64,000 bases of DNA. Source: Octopus sinensis. Lineage: Eukaryota. The notes beneath the pieces were generated by a model. The model made no database searches and was not told the origin of the DNA. It saw only the letters and a list, made by a program, of their open reading frames with translations. The translations under genes were made by a program, and so were the position numbers. Position 1 is the stretch's first letter. Each line of letters begins with the position of its first letter. Shown here in pieces: positions 61,636 to 64,000 of this stretch. The stretch is from positions 13,206,001-13,270,000 of the forward strand of contig NC_043004.1 of the NCBI RefSeq assembly GCF_006345805.1, given 5' to 3'.

Positions 61636-62168
61636 GAGTGAGAGAGCAGTGCATGCCATCAAAGTGACACTGGGGTAAAATATACGAAGCCCAATATACC
61701 CATCATGACTACCCGTCTGATAAGGGTACACCAGGCACATGCATCACAACCATATGTGCGCGACATGGTGATCTCATATCAAGATAACACACATGACCTT
61801 GCAGGTGGAGCCCAGTTAGAATTTTCTCAGATCGAGTAACCCATCCCGCTCAAAAGGTCCCTGAATAAGGGTTGTTTAAGGACGTTGAACGAAACACCCA
61901 TGTTTCCAGAGGTGAATTATTCAAACCCAAAGAATCCTTCTCAACACATGGCTATGATGCTCCCCCACTACTTTTGCTCGTGATCAGAGATGCACATATC
62001 GTCAGCCACTAAGGGACATGCTCAACTGGTTAAGGTCAAACAACTGACAAGCAAATATGTGGTATCGAGCAGAATATTTGCTGTAGCCCATCTTTTATAC
62101 CAAGACAAAACAATGTACATGATAACACTTCCAATCAGTTAAGATCAGAAGCCATGAGAGCCACTGCT
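61635..62168. mobile_element. Repeat family D inserted in (ATT)n
   Basis: (ATT)n on both sides. Partial copies at 50295-50420 and 60900-60938 also touch (ATT)n-type arrays. Confidence 0.75.
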
Positions 62169-62191
62169 TATTATTATTATTATTATTATTA

Positions 62192-62226
<35 letters not shown>

Positions 62227-62274
62227 TATTATTATTATTCATTATTATTATTATTTTTATTAATATTATTATTA

Positions 62275-62310
<36 letters not shown>

Positions 62311-62311
62311 G

Positions 62312-62366
<55 letters not shown>

Positions 62367-62368
62367 TA

Positions 62369-62405
<37 letters not shown>

Positions 62406-63209
62406 TATTTCTATCATTACTATCATTACTATCGTTGTTATTTTGCATCAAAAATTTATTCGAAAATTATAACATTCTATTTTACTTTCAGAAAGATACT
62501 CTATAGTGCGACGCATTAATATAACCATTTACTCTACTATTAACCCCTCACCATCGCCAAGAAAATCGTAACCATAATGCGAAGTAGCAAACATTCCCTA
62601 AAGTGTAATGATCATTGTTTCACACCGTTACGCAGACAACTCCTACTTCACGATATTTGCTTTCCTTTTTCATGAGTGACTGGTACAATAAAAGCTGCGG
62701 AATAGACCGTATATTTTACTGCTTTAAAAATTACGAAAGAAAGGAATATAGTAAAAACCCGTTTCAGTCGTAATTTCACCAAAATAACACACACGCAAAC
62801 ACAGACATAGACAAACACAAACCCACACATATATTCACATATATACATGTATACTCATACGGAGATATGGTAAAGGGAGGAATAGGAAGAAAGTGGGTGA
62901 GTCTGAGAATGAGAATGAGTAGGAGGGAATGAGACGTGGATGACTGATACATAGAAACATAGGTAGGTAAGATGTATCGTAAAACGCAATGGTTTATATG
63001 TTTATGCATGAATATAGTCCTCGTCTGTCACAATGCATTATGATTCAACGCACACTTACCCACACCCACACCTACTCACACATACACACGCGTACACACT
63101 ACACACGTTCATACACACTAACACTAAAGCATATGCATAAATATTTTCATATATATGCATACATGTACATCTATCTATCCAACTATCGATCGATCTATCT
63201 ATCAATCTC

Positions 63210-63260
<51 letters not shown>

Positions 63261-63480
63261 ACTCATAAATGCATATATTTGTTATATTTGTTTGTAAATA
63301 AGCACACATATACATATACACATATTTAAACTATCAATTTATCCATCTGTCTATCTATATATATGTATATGTATATATATATATATGTTTATATACATTC
63401 CCTATATATGTATATATACATTCCCTATATATATGTATATATATATATATCTCTCTCTCTATATATATATATATACACAT

Positions 63481-63515
<35 letters not shown>

Positions 63516-63590
63516 GAATATATGTGTGTGCGTGTGTGTGTGCATTTCATTTCAATTAGCATGGCACGGATATATAACTTTGTAAGTGAT

Positions 63591-63876
63591 GCATAGGTGA
63601 CTTACACCTATCGTTCTGGATATTCACATCGACGGAAATTGGATGTGATATTGGTTAAGAATAATATTTTAAACATCTAGGATCTTTTCGTTAATGAGGT
63701 TTGGCAAAATAGAAGCATATTACAGTACCTCTTATTAAAACTGATTAACATTGCATTAAATATGATGCTTCAGGCTACGTAAAGACTGGAAACAAATAAT
63801 CTCAACGTTCTAGTAAACAGCTTATCGGAGATGAGTGTTCTGTAAGGAGTTTGGTAAGAGAGATATTTCAACGCAT
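63591..63876 (+). repeat. Duplicated segment copy 2 (of 57222-57510)
   Basis: See copy 1. Has a 4-nt deletion relative to it. Confidence 0.9.
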
Positions 63877-63951
63877 ATAGAAGTATACTTATACATGCTC
63901 ACATGTGAAATAAACACACACGTTCGAATATTTATGAATATATGCGTACAT

Positions 63952-63990
<39 letters not shown>

Positions 63991-64000
63991 TATATATACA

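Overview
Eukaryotic, very AT-rich, microsatellite-saturated non-coding DNA. The repeat repertoire points to an octopod cephalopod (Octopus-like); this is an inference from the tRNA-derived SINEs, not a database result. No intact protein-coding gene is visible, and nearly all ORFs in the supplied track are microsatellite read-through artefacts (YIYI, CVCV, poly-D/M/I). Recognisable content is mostly decayed mobile DNA: three tRNA-SINE families (about 20 copies or fragments), mariner/Tc1, Tigger-like and hAT remnants, one non-autonomous Helitron, RTE, R4/Dong and Tx1-like LINE fragments, and two Penelope-like element (PLE) GIY-YIG fragments. There is a 100-N gap at 23435-23534. The main finding is about ten foldback ('hairpin plus tail') elements, unrelated in sequence and mostly next to (TA)n-type microsatellites. 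Most carry hammerhead-ribozyme (HHR) cores or parts of them, pointing toward the tail where one is present. At 31785-31889 two complete HHR folds sit head-to-head and share a palindromic centre. A minimal HHR with a variant core lies downstream of a PLE GIY-YIG ORF on the same strand (23847-23882), linking these motifs to Penelope-like retroelements. A few unique segments flanked by splice signals may be exons of a host gene (low confidence).
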